From positions 248,001 to 312,000 of the forward strand of contig QPMI01000560.1 of NCBI GenBank assembly GCA_004431415.1: a DNA stretch of 64,000 nucleotides, read 5' to 3'. The stretch's first letter is position 1. Every line of letters starts with the position of its first letter. Positions 36,573-48,578 of this stretch are shown in pieces. The DNA is from Cyanophora paradoxa CCMP329. Its lineage: Eukaryota > Plantae > Glaucophyta. Below the pieces are notes generated by a model that was given only the letters and a program-made list of their open reading frames with translations, was not told the origin of the DNA and made no database searches. The translations under genes and the position numbers were made by a program.

Positions 36573-39500
36573 ATGGACGCGCTCGCGGCAGAAGTGGAAG
36601 CGGCGGTGACCGCGTTCTTCGACCCGGCGCGGGCGAGCCAGCGGGTGGAGGCGGAGCGCCACTTGGTCGCGTTTCGGCAGCGGTCCGACGCGCTGGCCGT
36701 CGCCGCCGCCCTTCTTGAGCGCGCCTCGAATCCCTTCGTGCTCTGGTACAGCGCAAGCGTCGTCGAACACACGCTTCGGGCCGGCGTCTGGACGTCGTTC
36801 CCGGATGACATCCGCCTCGCGACCCGCTCCGCGCTCACGAAGCTCGTCGGCCAAGTGCGCACGCGCACCGCCCGTCCCCCGCGCGGGGCGCGGAAGGTCG
36901 ATGCATGCGACGCGCACGCGCCCGCAGGCGTCGCTGCCGGGCTACGTCTCGAACAAGCTGTCGACCGTCTACGTGCAGCTCGCGCAGTCCGAGTGGCCGA
37001 ACACGGACCTCGTTGCGAACGTCATGGGCGCCATGCAGGACGCGCGGTCGCGCAGCTTCGGCCTGGCGCTGCTGAAGCTCGCGGCGGAGGAGTTCCACAG
37101 CACGCGGGAGGACGCCACGAGCGAGCGCAAGGCGGAGCTGCGCGCCGGCTTCGCCGCGCACGTCCCGCGCCTGCTGGACGCCCTCGGCGCCCTCCTCTCC
37201 GCCGGCTTCCCCGCCGCCGCCGCCGGCGACCGCGAGGCCCTCTCCGCGTGCGAGGGCGCCGTCGGTGCGCCCCCGCCCCGCGCGCCCCCGCCCGCGCAGC
37301 CGCCGCCGACCCCGCCCCGCGCGCAGCGGCGATGCAGCAGATGGTCGGCTGGCTGGGGGCCCCCAACGCGGCGGCGCACCTCACGGGGGCGCACCTCGCG
37401 GCGCTGGCGGCGCCCGTGGCGGCGGCGGCGCGGGCGCCCGGCGGCGGGCCCGGCGACGCGCTCGCTGCAGAGTGCCTGGCGTGCGCCAGCGAGGCGCTCT
37501 CGCGGCCGTACCCCTCGCCGCAGCCGGTGGCGGAGCTGCTGACGGCGCTGCTGCCGCTGGCGTGCGAGGCGTGCTCGCTGCTGGCGGCGCAGGGGCGGCA
37601 GGCGCTGGCGGGGGCGGACGCGCGGCTGCTGGTGCAGCTGCTGGCGCTGGTGCAGGCGCTGGTCTCGCACCACGCGGGGCGGCTGCTGGGGAGCCCGGCG
37701 CAGCTGGACGGCCTGCTGACGGCCTTCTTCGGGCTGACGCAGGCGCTGCCCTCCCCCGAGCTCTTCGTCGTCGCCCTCGAGGCCTGGGCCTCCCTCCTCG
37801 AGCTCCTCGCCGCCTCCCTCCACGACCCCGCCGCCCCCCGCTCCCCCTCCGCCGCCGCCGCCGCCGCCCAGTGCGCCGCCCCCCCGGCCCCGCCCCCGCC
37901 CGGAGCTGAGTCGGCGCAGCTTCCGGGGCGGGCTGCTGGCGGTGGCGGGCGGGGCGCTGGAGCGGGTGCAGTGGGCGAGCAACGGGCGCACGCTGCGCAT
38001 GCTCGACGACACCTTCGACGACTCGGACAGCGGCTCCGAGGAGGGCGAGGCCGGCCCCGCATCCTCCCCTACCGCCGCCGCCGCCGCCGCCGCCCGCCAC
38101 CGCCGCCAGGAGCGCAACGCCAAAGCGGCGGCCGCCGCCGCCGCGGCAGCCGCGCGGGAGCAGGGGCAGGGCGAGGGCGAGGAGGGCCCCGAGCCGGGCG
38201 AGGGCGAAGAGGAGGAGGAGGAGGAGGATGAGACCGGCGCGGCCGCCCACGAGGCGCGCCCCGCCCGCCCCCCCGCCCTAGCAGACGAAGGGCGCTGAAG
38301 AGGGGCGCAGACGGACGTGGGGCGGTACCAGGCGGCCGGCTGCGAGGTCCTCGCCCGCGTCGCCGACCTCTTCCCCGAGGGTCCGCCCCGCCCCCGCCCG
38401 CTTGAGCGCCCGCCCCGCCCACGCCCGACCGCCCGCCCGCTCCGCAGAGGTCTTCCACATGGCGGTGCCGGCCCCGCCTCACCATTCCCCATTCCGCCTC
38501 GCCCCGCCCCGCCTGACGTCGCGGGCAGCACGAGGCGCTGGGGAGGCACGCGGGGGCGCTCGCCGACCCCGCCGCCACCGCCGACTCCGTCGAGGCCGGT
38601 GCGCGCGGCAGAGTGGCAGAGTTCGCTCTGCTCTGCTCTGCTCCGCGGACGTCTCACCGGCGGGGGCGGCAGCGCGGGACGGGGCGCTGCTGGTGCGGCT
38701 GCTGGGGCGCCTCGCGGGGGCCCACTTCCCCGCCGAGCCGGCCCGCCACGCCCCGGCCGCCCTCCGCCTCGCCCGCGACGCCGCCGGCCTCGCCGCCCTC
38801 GCCGCCCACCCGCTCCTCGGGGGCCCCGCGCCGCGCCCCACGCCCCCCTTCGTCCTCCACGACCTCGCCGCCGCATGCCTCGAGGCCCTCGCTGGCCTCG
38901 CCCCCTGGGCCGCCGCCGCCCGCCGCGCCGCCCCGGAGGCCCCCGACGCGGCCGCGCTCGCGGGGCCGGCCGCCGAGCTCGCCGCCGCCCTGCTCCTCGC
39001 CTCCCCGGCCCCGCCCGAGCGCCTCCGCGCCGCCGCCGCGCGCCTCCTGCGGGCCCTCGCCCCTGCCTCCCGCTCCCGCCGGCCCCCGGCTCGGCCCCGT
39101 GCAAGCGCTGCTCGCCGCCGCGCCGTCGCTGCTGCAGGGCCTGCCCCTCCCCGCCGCCTCCGCGACCCTCGCCGCCCTCGCCGCCGCCCTCGCCGCCTCG
39201 CCGGCGGTGGACGCGGGGGCCCTGGCGGCGCTGCTGGAGCCGGCGACGGCGCCTCTGGCGGCGGCGGCGGCGCTGCCGGGCCTCGCCGAGCAGCGCCTCT
39301 TCCTGCGCCCCGACGTCGCCGCCGCCGTCGCCCGCTGCCCCCGCCTCCTCCGCCGCGCCGCCCTCGCCCTCCGCCCCGCCCCGCCCCGCGCCCGCGCTGC
39401 CCTCGCCGCCGCCCTCGGCCCCGCCCTGGGGCCGGCCCTCGCCCTGGCGCGCCTGTACCTCCCCGCGGGGCGGACGACCCGGCGGCCGCCGCGCCGGCGG

Positions 39501-40691
39501 CCGCCCTCGCCTCCTTCCTCTCGGCCGCGCTGGGCGCCCTCAAGGCCTCCCTCGGGCCGCCCAGCTCGGGCAGGCCCTGGGGCCCTCCTGGAGCCCTTCC
39601 CGGGCCCCGCCCTCCGCGCCGCCGCCGCCGCCGCCCGCCCCGCCCCGCTCGCCCTCCTCGCCCGCCTCGTCTCCCTCTGGCGCGCCGCGGCGGGCGACCC
39701 GGCGGCGGCGCTGGAGCCGTTCCTGCGGGAGGCGGCTGGGCGGGTGCTGGGGACCTCCTCCCGCCCCTCCTCGCCTCGCGCGCGCCCCCGCAGCAGCACG
39801 CCCGCCACCACGGGCGCCGGCGCGCGTCAGAGGGGGAGGAGGATGGGGACCCGACGGCGCTGCGGCGCGCCTGCTTCGCCTTCCTCGACGCCCTCCTCCG
39901 CTCCCACTGGCGCATGCTCGCCCCGCCCGCCGCCCCCTCCCCCTCGCCGCCGCCTCCGCCGCCCTCGCCGCCGCCGCGGGGGCGCCCCAGCCGGCCGCCC
40001 CCGCCGCCGCCCCGCGGGGGACCCGAGCGGGGCCCTCCTGCTCGCCGCCCTCGACGCCCTCCGCCAGGGCGTCGCGTACCCCGAGGACCACGAGGCGCCC
40101 CGTACCCCCCTCGCTTGCGCCCGGGCCTGGGCTGACCGGGCGGCAGGTGTGCCGGATCTGCTGCGGGGCGCTGGAGCGGCTGCTGGGGCGGAACCCGGCG
40201 GCGGCGCGCTGCGTGGCGGGGCCCTTCGGGGCGGAGCGGGGCCTGCAGCGCGGCCTCTGCGGGGCCCTCCTCGCCGCCCTCGCCGAGCGCTCGCACGAGG
40301 CGCTGCGGGAGGAGCTCACGGCCGCCCTCCTCGCCGCCGCCGCCGCCGACTGGGGCGCCTTCTACGGCCAGGCGCGCAGCCCCCTCCTCTCTTTCTTTCT
40401 TGTCTCTTACTCGGCTACAGGCGCTGCCCGAGTTCCTGGAGGGGCGGACGCGGCCCGGGGCCGAGGGGCAGCCGCCGGGGCTCGCCCCCGCCGAGGCGGC
40501 CGCCCTCCTCGCCCGCTTCGGGCGCGAGACGGTGCGTTTGTCCCCCCCCCCCCTCCTCCCCCCTCCCCCTCCTTTTCCTAACCCCCGCTAAGGAGGGCGG
40601 GGCGTTCGGGCGGCGGGTGGGCGAGCTGGCACACGACGTGGCGTTCCTCCGCAGGCGCCACGCCGCCGCCCGCGACGCCCAGCTCGTCTAG
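36573..40691 (+). CDS. XPO6: Exportin-6-like karyopherin-beta, multi-exon
   Basis: N-terminal importin-beta domain; LPGYVSNKL..V..EWP; GLALLKLAAEEF..REDAT.ERKAELR; NGRTLRMLDD; C-terminal LAERSHEALREEL...DWGAFYGQ|ALPEFL and LAHDVAFLR resemble XPO6-specific blocks. Several small indels in C/G runs. Confidence 0.75.
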
Positions 40692-40787
40692 CGAGGGCCC
40701 GCCCCGCCCCCGCCCCGCCCCGCCCCGCCCCCGCGCTTGCTGTTACCACAGTGGCGGGCCGCGCACTCGCATCGAACAGTCGAACAG

Positions 40788-41099
40788 AGCAGCTTCGGCG
40801 GCAGCGACCGCCAGGAGAGCAGCGATCACGAAACGGGCAGCGCGCGAGGCAGCGAGCTCGAGGAATTCGAGGACAACGAGAGCGAGAGTGAGTAGGGCAG
40901 CTGCAGAGAGCACTACAGCAGCGAGGATGCATATAGTAGCGAGAGCGATGGCAGCGAGTGCGCGGAGGGCAGCTGCTCGAGCTCTGTTGTTTCGCACCGT
41001 GGCACGTTTTCGGCCACATCGAAATCTGGGTGCTGCGCCCCCGGCCCGGGCTTGGCGGCCCTCGAGGCAGCTGCAGCTCGCCTGGCCAGACGGAATTGA
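40788..41099 (+). pseudogene. Degenerate Ser/Glu/Gly-rich coding-like fragment
   Basis: Reads SSFGGSDRQESSDHE...ESESE*GSC...; internal TAG at 40893-40895 and no start codon. Confidence 0.3.
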
Positions 41100-41684
41100 C
41101 GTTGCTGCAAAATATACCGTGGAATAGACACACGATTTTGCTGGGTCTAGATCTACCGTAACCCTTTCATCGGGTTTCTTGAAAAATTCCTGATTTACAA
41201 TCTGCACAACAGGGTCATGATCACGAATAGCCTAACCTAATTGAAAACTTGAAAAAACTTCGATCGGAAGAGACGCAAAAATTAAAAATCCGATAATCCT
41301 CGAATGGGATGTGTACACACGCGAAAAAGAGTCATCGGCGTCGCAAACTAGTCGCTGATCATGAAGCCTAAGGGCTGCCAAGCCTGACTCATGGAAGTCA
41401 CTGAGTTCACGGTTCAACGGTTGAAAAAAGTACCGCGCTGCCCAGTGTCGCGCTAGTTACGGAGCCATGGAGCCTCGGGCAGCAGGACACCTGCTACTAG
41501 GCAAAATTGACTGTACAAGAAAATACGCGGCTATAGCTAGCTGCAGCCGCTGAGCCGCTGAGCCTCGGAGCTAGAGAGTGAACTCGCAATCATGGAGTCA
41601 CTGATGAATTCGAAGTGGCACGCGAAGAAGGAAACATCGCAATAGATACTCGAATTCTACGTGTACATCCGATGATAGATATCA

Positions 41685-43125
41685 CTAAGTTAGGGAGCCA
41701 ATAACCCATGGAACAGCGCCGGCGTCGGTACCGGTGGAGCCTGCCGCAGTGCGGTTGGGCCGCCGGCCGGGACGGTCAGGCGGCGCCGGGGGGGAGGGCC
41801 GCCCGGGCCATGGGGTCTGCGGCGGCGGGGCAGGCAACGGGCCGGAAGAAGGCGGCGCCGGCGCCGCGGGCCTGGCGCGCGACGGGCGAGCCGCGGAGGG
41901 CGGGCGAGCGGTGCCCGGGGAGGCCTCGGGCCAACCGGCGCGGGGCCGGCGCGCCGGTCGGCGGCCGGGCGCGGGAGTCGCGGCCAACGTCGGGGTACGG
42001 GAGCGGGAGCTGCCGCGGGAGGAGCGGGAGAGGGAGCGGACGCGTTCGCGGAGGGGCGTGCGGGCCGCCCCGGCCCCCGCCCCCTCCAGCGGCGGCAGGC
42101 GCGTGCACGAGGCGCCGCCGGGCGAGTGGGAGCCGTAACCGGAGGGCCCCGCCGAGGGGCCGGCGGAGAGGGCGGCCCCGGCCGACTCGCGCCGGAGCCG
42201 CTCGAGGGCCCCCGCGGGGCGGGGGACGAGTCGCCTCCGGCCGCGGCGGGCGCTGGAGGCTGGGGAGCGAGTGGTGGCGGGGCGCCGGCCCGCGCCCGGG
42301 CCGGCGCCGCTGCCGGGCGGTCGGTGAGGACCTCCAGGGAGCCGCTGCTGCTCGCCCCGTCCCCGCCCTCCCCTCCTCCTCCGGATCCTCGTCCTCCTCT
42401 GCCTCGCCGCCGCGGCGGCGGTCCACGAGGTCGTTGAAGGCGCACGGCGTGCTCCGCGCTCCCGCCGGCCCCGGCGCCCGAAGCAGGCCGGCGCCGACGC
42501 CGGCGCCGGCAGACCCCTCCGCCGGCTCCGCCGGCTGCCCGCCGGCGCGGATCGCGATCGGGGTCCACTTGCGCCACATCTCCTCCAGCAAGAAGCTGCA
42601 CGGGTCGATCTCGCGCGCAAGCTCACGGTGCCAGCTGCAGTCTTGGCTCGCCCCGCTCCCGCTACTGAAGCTTGCGCTCGGCGTCGACTGCGCCGCCCAC
42701 GTCTTGCGTGCCGCGCCCGGGAGACCTAGGCCTGAGCGCATGCACGTGCACGCAGGTCGACGTCCGTTCTCAACGCAGGGGCGGGCGATCGTGCTCGCGC
42801 ATGCGCACCGCGCGTCACGATCATGGCTGAGGCCGCCAGTGACACTGGATGGGGGCCGATTCGCACGCCTTCCGCCGGAGCTGCGCGCGCGCGCACGCGC
42901 GCAGGGCCATTCCGATCAAAAGAGTCCCACGCCAGCGCTGAAGCCGCAAAACGCTCACCGAGGTGTTGATCACCGACCAGAAGCACTGGATAATGTGCAC
43001 GAGAAGCTGCAGCAGGCGCCGGCCGGCCGCGGGCTGTGGCTGCGCATGCTCACGCGTACGATCAGTGCAGTTCGCGCTCGCCGATCAGCAAAAGCAGCGC
43101 GTGTACGTGAAAGAAGACGGGATTA
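41685..43125 (-). CDS. Hypothetical protein, boundaries uncertain, apparent indels
   Basis: Coding-like stretch WHRELAREIDPCSFLLEEMWRKW...PCAFNDLVD...EEDEDPEEE, and candidate upstream exons (VILNPVFFH, LLVHIIQCFWSVINTS). Confidence 0.35.
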
Positions 43126-43984
43126 AGAATGACCTGCAACAGCAGCTGGTGCTCCGAGTTTCTCAATCGATCCGGGCGAGATACGTATACGCCAGCACCG
43201 GACCGGATCGGAGCGCACGGCTGCGTGGGCGGTGCTCCCTAGCTTCCGACTGACATCGGCAGCTTCGCTGCGCTCGCAGACGCGCGAAGCACCATCTCGG
43301 ACGGCAGTTAACGTTCTTCCGGACTCTGGGCCGGTTTTCGCTGTCGCGTACGCGTAGCTTCCGTAATTTGGCGGAGTAGATATTGAAAAAGTCACTCGGC
43401 CTTTGGAGTGTAAGAGTCGTCGACGATCGCCTAAGCTACGTCAACGGGACCCTTAGCTCCATGAGAATCCTGTAGCCGGGCAGGGCATCGAAGGTGATTG
43501 GAGGCGCCGTACCGCCGGTAGCCCGCTAGCGCCCGCCCCCCTCGCCTCGGCGACGTGCCGTAGCGCTCGTCGACGAGGCTTAGATCCGAAGGCGGGACAC
43601 TAATTGCTCAAATAGTGTCCCGCGCTAGCTACGAAATTATTTCGGCTAGCTTACGAATTAACATTTCCTTAATGAAGTTTTAACGTAAGCCTAAGCGTAA
43701 GCCGGACGCGGAGCCCGTCATCATACAAAGTCGCGACAGCGAAAACCCCCCCTGCTGGCCGTCCTCGATCGATATATATCGATCGATATCCCCCTGCGCA
43801 AAAAAGATCCTCGGATCGACGCTTGGGGATCCCCGGATAACCGAACACCGGTACCAGCGTCGAGCGGACTCTAGATCTGCGCCGAGTCTGCGGAGCCGCC
43901 GCTGCGCCGGAGCGCCGTCCGACCGGCCCGGCGGGTCCGACGGTCCACCTGCCGGCGCTGCTCCGGCGGCACCCGACGGTCCAC

Positions 43985-44455
43985 ATGGTGCGAGGCTGGC
44001 ACCCGGCGGAGGGGAAGCTGGACCTGAGAGGAGAGGGCCTAACGGAGTGGCCGGCGGCGGAGATCGCGCGGGCGGGCCCTGCGAACATCCGGGTCCTGCT
44101 CCTCGACGACAACAGGCTGACGAGCATCCCAGGATCGGAGCTCGCAAGGCTGACGAACCTGCGGACTCTGAATGTCAACAGTAATCGGCTGGCGACGCTG
44201 CCGCCGGAACTTGGCTGCCTCTCGACCCTGGAGAAGCTGATCCTGGACAGCAACCGGCTGACGGCCCTGCCGCCGGAGATCGGGCGTCTTTCGAACCTGC
44301 AGTACCTGTGGGCGACATACAACCTGCTGACGGAGCTGCCGCTGGAGATGGCACTGGGCCAGCTGACAGCTTTGCGGGAGCTGAACGTGAGCGGCAACCC
44401 CCTGGCGGCGCTGCCGCCGGAGATCGAGCGCCTGCCGAACCTGCGGTTGCTGTAG
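43985..44455 (+). CDS. Intronless leucine-rich repeat protein (156 aa)
   Basis: About five 23-25 aa repeats of the form LxxLxLxxNxLxxLPxEIGxL. Confidence 0.85.
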   Translation: MVRGWHPAEGKLDLRGEGLTEWPAAEIARAGPANIRVLLLDDNRLTSIPGSELARLTNLRTLNVNSNRLATLPPELGCLSTLEKLILDSNRLTALPPEIGRLSNLQYLWATYNLLTELPLEMALGQLTALRELNVSGNPLAALPPEIERLPNLRLL

Positions 44456-45362
44456 CTCCAGTCGCCCTCGAGCTAGCACCTCCGCTCCATTCACGCCCCC
44501 GCCCCCGCCGTGCGCCTCTCCCCGCCGGGGCCCTCCCGTCCCATGCCCCACGACCCCCCGCAGCGCGCCCGCATGCCCCTGCGGCCCTCGCCCGCGAGCG
44601 CGCCGCGCTGAGCCCGGCTCATCGCCCCGCCGCGCTCGACGCGCCCGCTCGCCGCCGACGCGACCCTCCGCCATCGAGGTCCTCAGCTCTTTTCCCGCCC
44701 GGCCCCCGCCCGGCCCCTCACGCTGCCGCAGCTGCAGCTCGCCCCGACGTCGACCCTCGTCGTCCTCTCCAGCGCGGGCCGGCTGCGCCCGGTGCAAGCC
44801 CCGCCACGCGGCCAGGACATTCGCCCTTCACAATGCGGCGGCTGAGGCGGCGGTGCACCGTGGCCCGGGGGCCGCGGCGTGGCGCTGGGTGGCCGCCCGC
44901 CGCGGCCCCCTCCTCGAGCTCCCCGCTCCGGCCCGCGCTCATGACGGCCCCTCGAGCCCCTCTCAGCTAGATCTGCCCGCGGCCCCCTCCCCTCCGAGCC
45001 GTCGAGCGTCCCCTGTACCCCTCTATCGTGATCGCGTTCTCTCCACAGCACCCTATAGTTGTGCACCCCCCTGAGCACCCCCGGGCTGCTCGCCTCGAGC
45101 TTTCTAGCCTCCTGAATTCAAAGTGCCCGATGTAGCGTGCCGCGCCCCAAGTCAAAAAGCGCCCTCCACACCCCGGCCGTGAGCTCCTCGAACCTCGAGC
45201 CTCGGAGCGCCCTCTAAGCTTAGCTGCGCATGCCCGGCCCTCTCTGCAGCTGGCGAAGAGGCGTGATCGCGAGGCGGTGCGAGTGAGCCTCAGTGGCGGC
45301 GCACTGGCCACCGGCCCTCAGCGCACTGTGGCGCCATGAATGAAAGGGGGTTGGGAGTGTGA

Positions 45363-47010
45363 TCATGAGCTACTGGAGGGGGCTCGGCCGCTGCCGCTGC
45401 CGCCGCCGCTGCCGCCGCTGCCGCCGCTGCCGCCGCTGCCGCCGCCGCTGCTGCCGCCGCTGCTGCCGCCGGCCCGCGGAGTGCTCGGTGGCTTGAAGCC
45501 AAGACCTAGGATGTAGATCTCCTCACTCTCCTGCGGGCGCCAGCGATAGAATTCAGAGGGCGAAGCGCGGGGCGGGGTCCGAGGGCAGCGGGGCACCTGC
45601 CGGCTCGCGGCGGGCTTGGCCCACTGTACCTGTTGCGAGCGGGGGCACAGCTACGGTCATGGACCGGCGCTGCAGTGCTAGCTTGCGGGGGTACGAAGCA
45701 AAGCTCGAGGGGGGAATTCAGGTACCCGGTTGAAGTGCGGGTCGAGGAGCGCCTTGAACTCGTTCTCCGTACCGCCCCGCGTGGCCTTCGCGACGAAGGC
45801 CCCCCCGCGCCTGAGCACCTGCTGCGCCAGCTGCGGCGGGGCTCGGCCGGCGGGCGAGGGAGGCCGGGGGCGGGGGCGGGCGCGGGAGGGGTACCGCCCA
45901 GGCGTCCTCGCAGAGGCGCATGACGCGGAGGTGGTCCGTGCCGTGGTCCCCCGTGAAGGGCGGCGCCATGTCGCTGCGCTCCGCTCAGGCGCGTCCCTCA
46001 GATGACTCTGAGCGGCCGGAGCGGGGGCAGGGCGGGGCGCGCCTGACGACGGCGTCAGCGCCGGCGGGCCCGACGACCTCGCGCAGGCGGCGCGCGGCCG
46101 CCTCCTCGCGCATGTCCAGCTGCAGTACCGTCGCCCCGCCCACGTCATCCATTGCTGCGCATGCCGCCGCCCGGTCGGCACAGCGCGCGGGATGCGCGGC
46201 GCGGCGGCGACACCGTCGAGGCGGCGCGCGCACGGTTCATGTCGGCAGCGACGACCCTCCCGCCTCCCGGCGCACCGGCCCGCACGCGCTGCACCAGGAT
46301 CTGCACGGGCGATCGCACGTACGCGTGGCGCCGGCGAGGCGAGACCGGGATGGCCTGAACCCAGGTCAGGCCCGGCGCGCACCTCTGTCCATCCCCCGGG
46401 AGCTGCGCCACTGCGAAGATTCAGAGCCCCAGGACGGGAAGCGAGAATTCGAAGATGAGCTCACAGGTCAACAGCGACAGCGCCGGGCTTCAGAAACTTG
46501 AACTTGTCATCGAGCTGCGCGAGCTTGAAGGCCGACCGCGCTCCTACGAGAGGCCGGCTCAGCGTAGACGTCGACTCACGCATGCGCGGGTCTCGGGGCA
46601 CGTACGGAGGCCCTGCGCTTCGCGCTCGCGCACGAAGATATCCTTCGACTGCCGCCGTGCCCAAGATGCGGATCTGAGGCGCAATCGTTATCAGCGCCTG
46701 GGTGCACCCGCGATGACCTCTTCCCGGCCGCAGCGCACGATCCGGACTTGCTGCTGAGCGCGGCAGCACCGCTCGATATCGGCCGCCGCAACGCCGCCGC
46801 GCACAGTCGGAGCGCCAGCGCGAGATGCCAGTCGAGCGCGAGATGCCTCGCCCCGCGCGTGTACCGGTCGTAGAGCGCGAGATGCCAGTCGAGCTCGCTT
46901 CGCGCGTGTACCCGGGCAAAGCAAGCTTGAAGCTTGAAGCTTCGTTCAGCTAACAGCAGCCATCGGCCTTTGGCCGCAGCCACGCACGTCCTGGAGATTG
47001 AACTGCGCAT
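45363..47010 (-). CDS. MRM2: FtsJ/RrmJ rRNA 2'-O-methyltransferase (MRM2/RlmE-like), multi-exon; start uncertain
   Basis: WARRQSKDIFV, R|ARSAFKL, VDL|GAAPGGW, SDMAP, FVAK and KPAASRQ|ESEEIY give the K-D-K-E tetrad. Confidence 0.82.
45386..45470. repeat. GCC/GCT microsatellite encoding a Gly/Ser tail of MRM2
   Basis: Run of gccgccgct-type units inside the last exon. Confidence 0.85.
46817..46915. repeat. Local imperfect tandem duplication
   Basis: gcgcgagatgccagtcgagc twice, gcgcgagatgcc three times and cgcgcgtgtacc twice. Confidence 0.7.
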
Positions 47011-47116
47011 ACCGCAGCCTGCAACCTCCAGCTCGCCCCAGAGTCCAAGTTCGATAGAGGCGGCGTCCGGGCGCTTCAGCACGACGTACCGAGGTGGCCT
47101 CGACGTTTAGCTAAGG

Positions 47117-48578
47117 ATGGAGGAGCAGGCGAGGAGGATCGCGCGCCTGCGGAAGCTGGCGACGGAGCCCGAGGCTGTCCGGCTCGTGGACTTGATCGAG
47201 AACCACAACTTCAGCGTGAACCGCAGCGTGGAGATGCGGCTGCTCGACGACGAGAGCGAAAGCGACGAGGAGGAGGGCGAGGCGCAGTCGGCGGCCTCCT
47301 CCAGCAAGAGCGAGGCGAGGCGGCGCCCGAGCGGGGTGCCGGCGCTGGCGGCGCTCGAGGCCGACGGGGAGGGCAAGCTGGGGCACGAGCAGCACGTGCT
47401 GGGCGCCACCCTCAAGCGCGACCTCGGCGCCCGCATCAAGCGCCTCGCCCAGGCGCGCCGCCGCCGAGCGCGAGCGCAAGGCCCCGCCGCCGCCCCATTG
47501 AGCCGCGCCGCCCGCAGAAGGACTTCGACGCGCGGGCGGCGGAGATGGTGCAGCGGATGCTGGGCGAGCGGGCCGAGCGGCCGCCGCTGCTCTCGGCCCG
47601 GCAGGAGCTGCAGACGCGGGCCCAGTGGCGCATGCCGCGGGAGCGCGCGGGGGAGGAGGGCCGGCCCGGGCGCATCTTCGTCGCGGGCAAGGGGTACGTG
47701 GTGCTGGAGGGCGAGGCGGGGGTGCAGCGGGACCCCTCGGAGCGCCCCGCCGAGCTCCCGGGGGCGGCCTCCTTCCGGGAGCCCAAGCGCGGCGCCGCCG
47801 CCCGCGCCGCCGCCGAGGCCGAGGAGGAGGCGCGCCGCGCCGCCGCCGCCTACCGGGCCGCCCACCCCCGGAGTGGCGCCTCGACGGCAAGGGCAACCTC
47901 CTGAACCCGCACGGCCCGCCCCGCCCCGCCTCGCCCCGCCCGCCCTGCGCTCCCCGGGCGGCGCCGCCTGACGGGCCCCGCAGACGAGTACGACCTGCTG
48001 AAGCTCGACGCGTACGCCTCGGGCAAGGCCTCGGGGGGTACGCGGCGCTGTGCCCCCGCCCCGTCCCGCCCCGTCTCCCAGCGCCGAGGGCGGCCGCCTC
48101 GCGCGCGGATGCGCAGGGCGCTCCTCACGGCGCGGTGGCAGCGGATGCGGGGCGGGCCCGAGCCGGCGGCGCCGGCGGCCGCCAGCTGGAAGGACTCGCC
48201 CCGCCTGCCGCCCGCCGCCCGCCACACGTACCGCAAGGTGAGGGGGCGGGCGAGGGGGCCGCCCCGGGGCCCTGCCGCTAGGCAGCCGACGCGGGGGTGG
48301 CAGTACCTGTCGGCGCTGAACGCGGGGGACGACGACGACGACGACAGCGACCTCGACCTGCCCGGCCGCCCCGGCCAGAAGGAGGAGGAGGAGGAGGAGG
48401 GGGGGAGGGCGGGGCGGGGGCGGTCGAGGGCGCGGGGGCGGGTCAGCAGCAGCAGCAGCAGGCGCTGCTCCTGACGGCCCCCTCGGCGCCCTCGGCTGAG
48501 GAGAGGGAGGCCCCGGTGGCCGGGGCGGCCCCCAGCACCAGCGGCAGCGGCGAGGGCGGCGCCGTGGGCGGCGGCTGA
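47117..48578 (+). CDS. Hypothetical protein, multi-exon
   Basis: Exon chain MEEQARRIARLRKL...RLAQ|KDFDARAAEMVQRML...|DEYDLLKLDAY, with acidic tracts. Confidence 0.55.

Noticed and set aside
7269-40691. Functional clustering (tRNA-Phe with ADT; ARPC2 with XPO6)
   Set aside because: The pairs are about 20 kb apart and separated by unrelated genes, so co-location looks coincidental.
9900-42400. Frame breaks within RBBP6, XPO6 and the 41.7-43 kb gene (e.g. near 42370) as programmed frameshifting or pseudogenisation
   Set aside because: They fall in G/C homopolymer runs inside otherwise intact conserved genes, so assembly indels are the simplest explanation. Raw reads would settle it.
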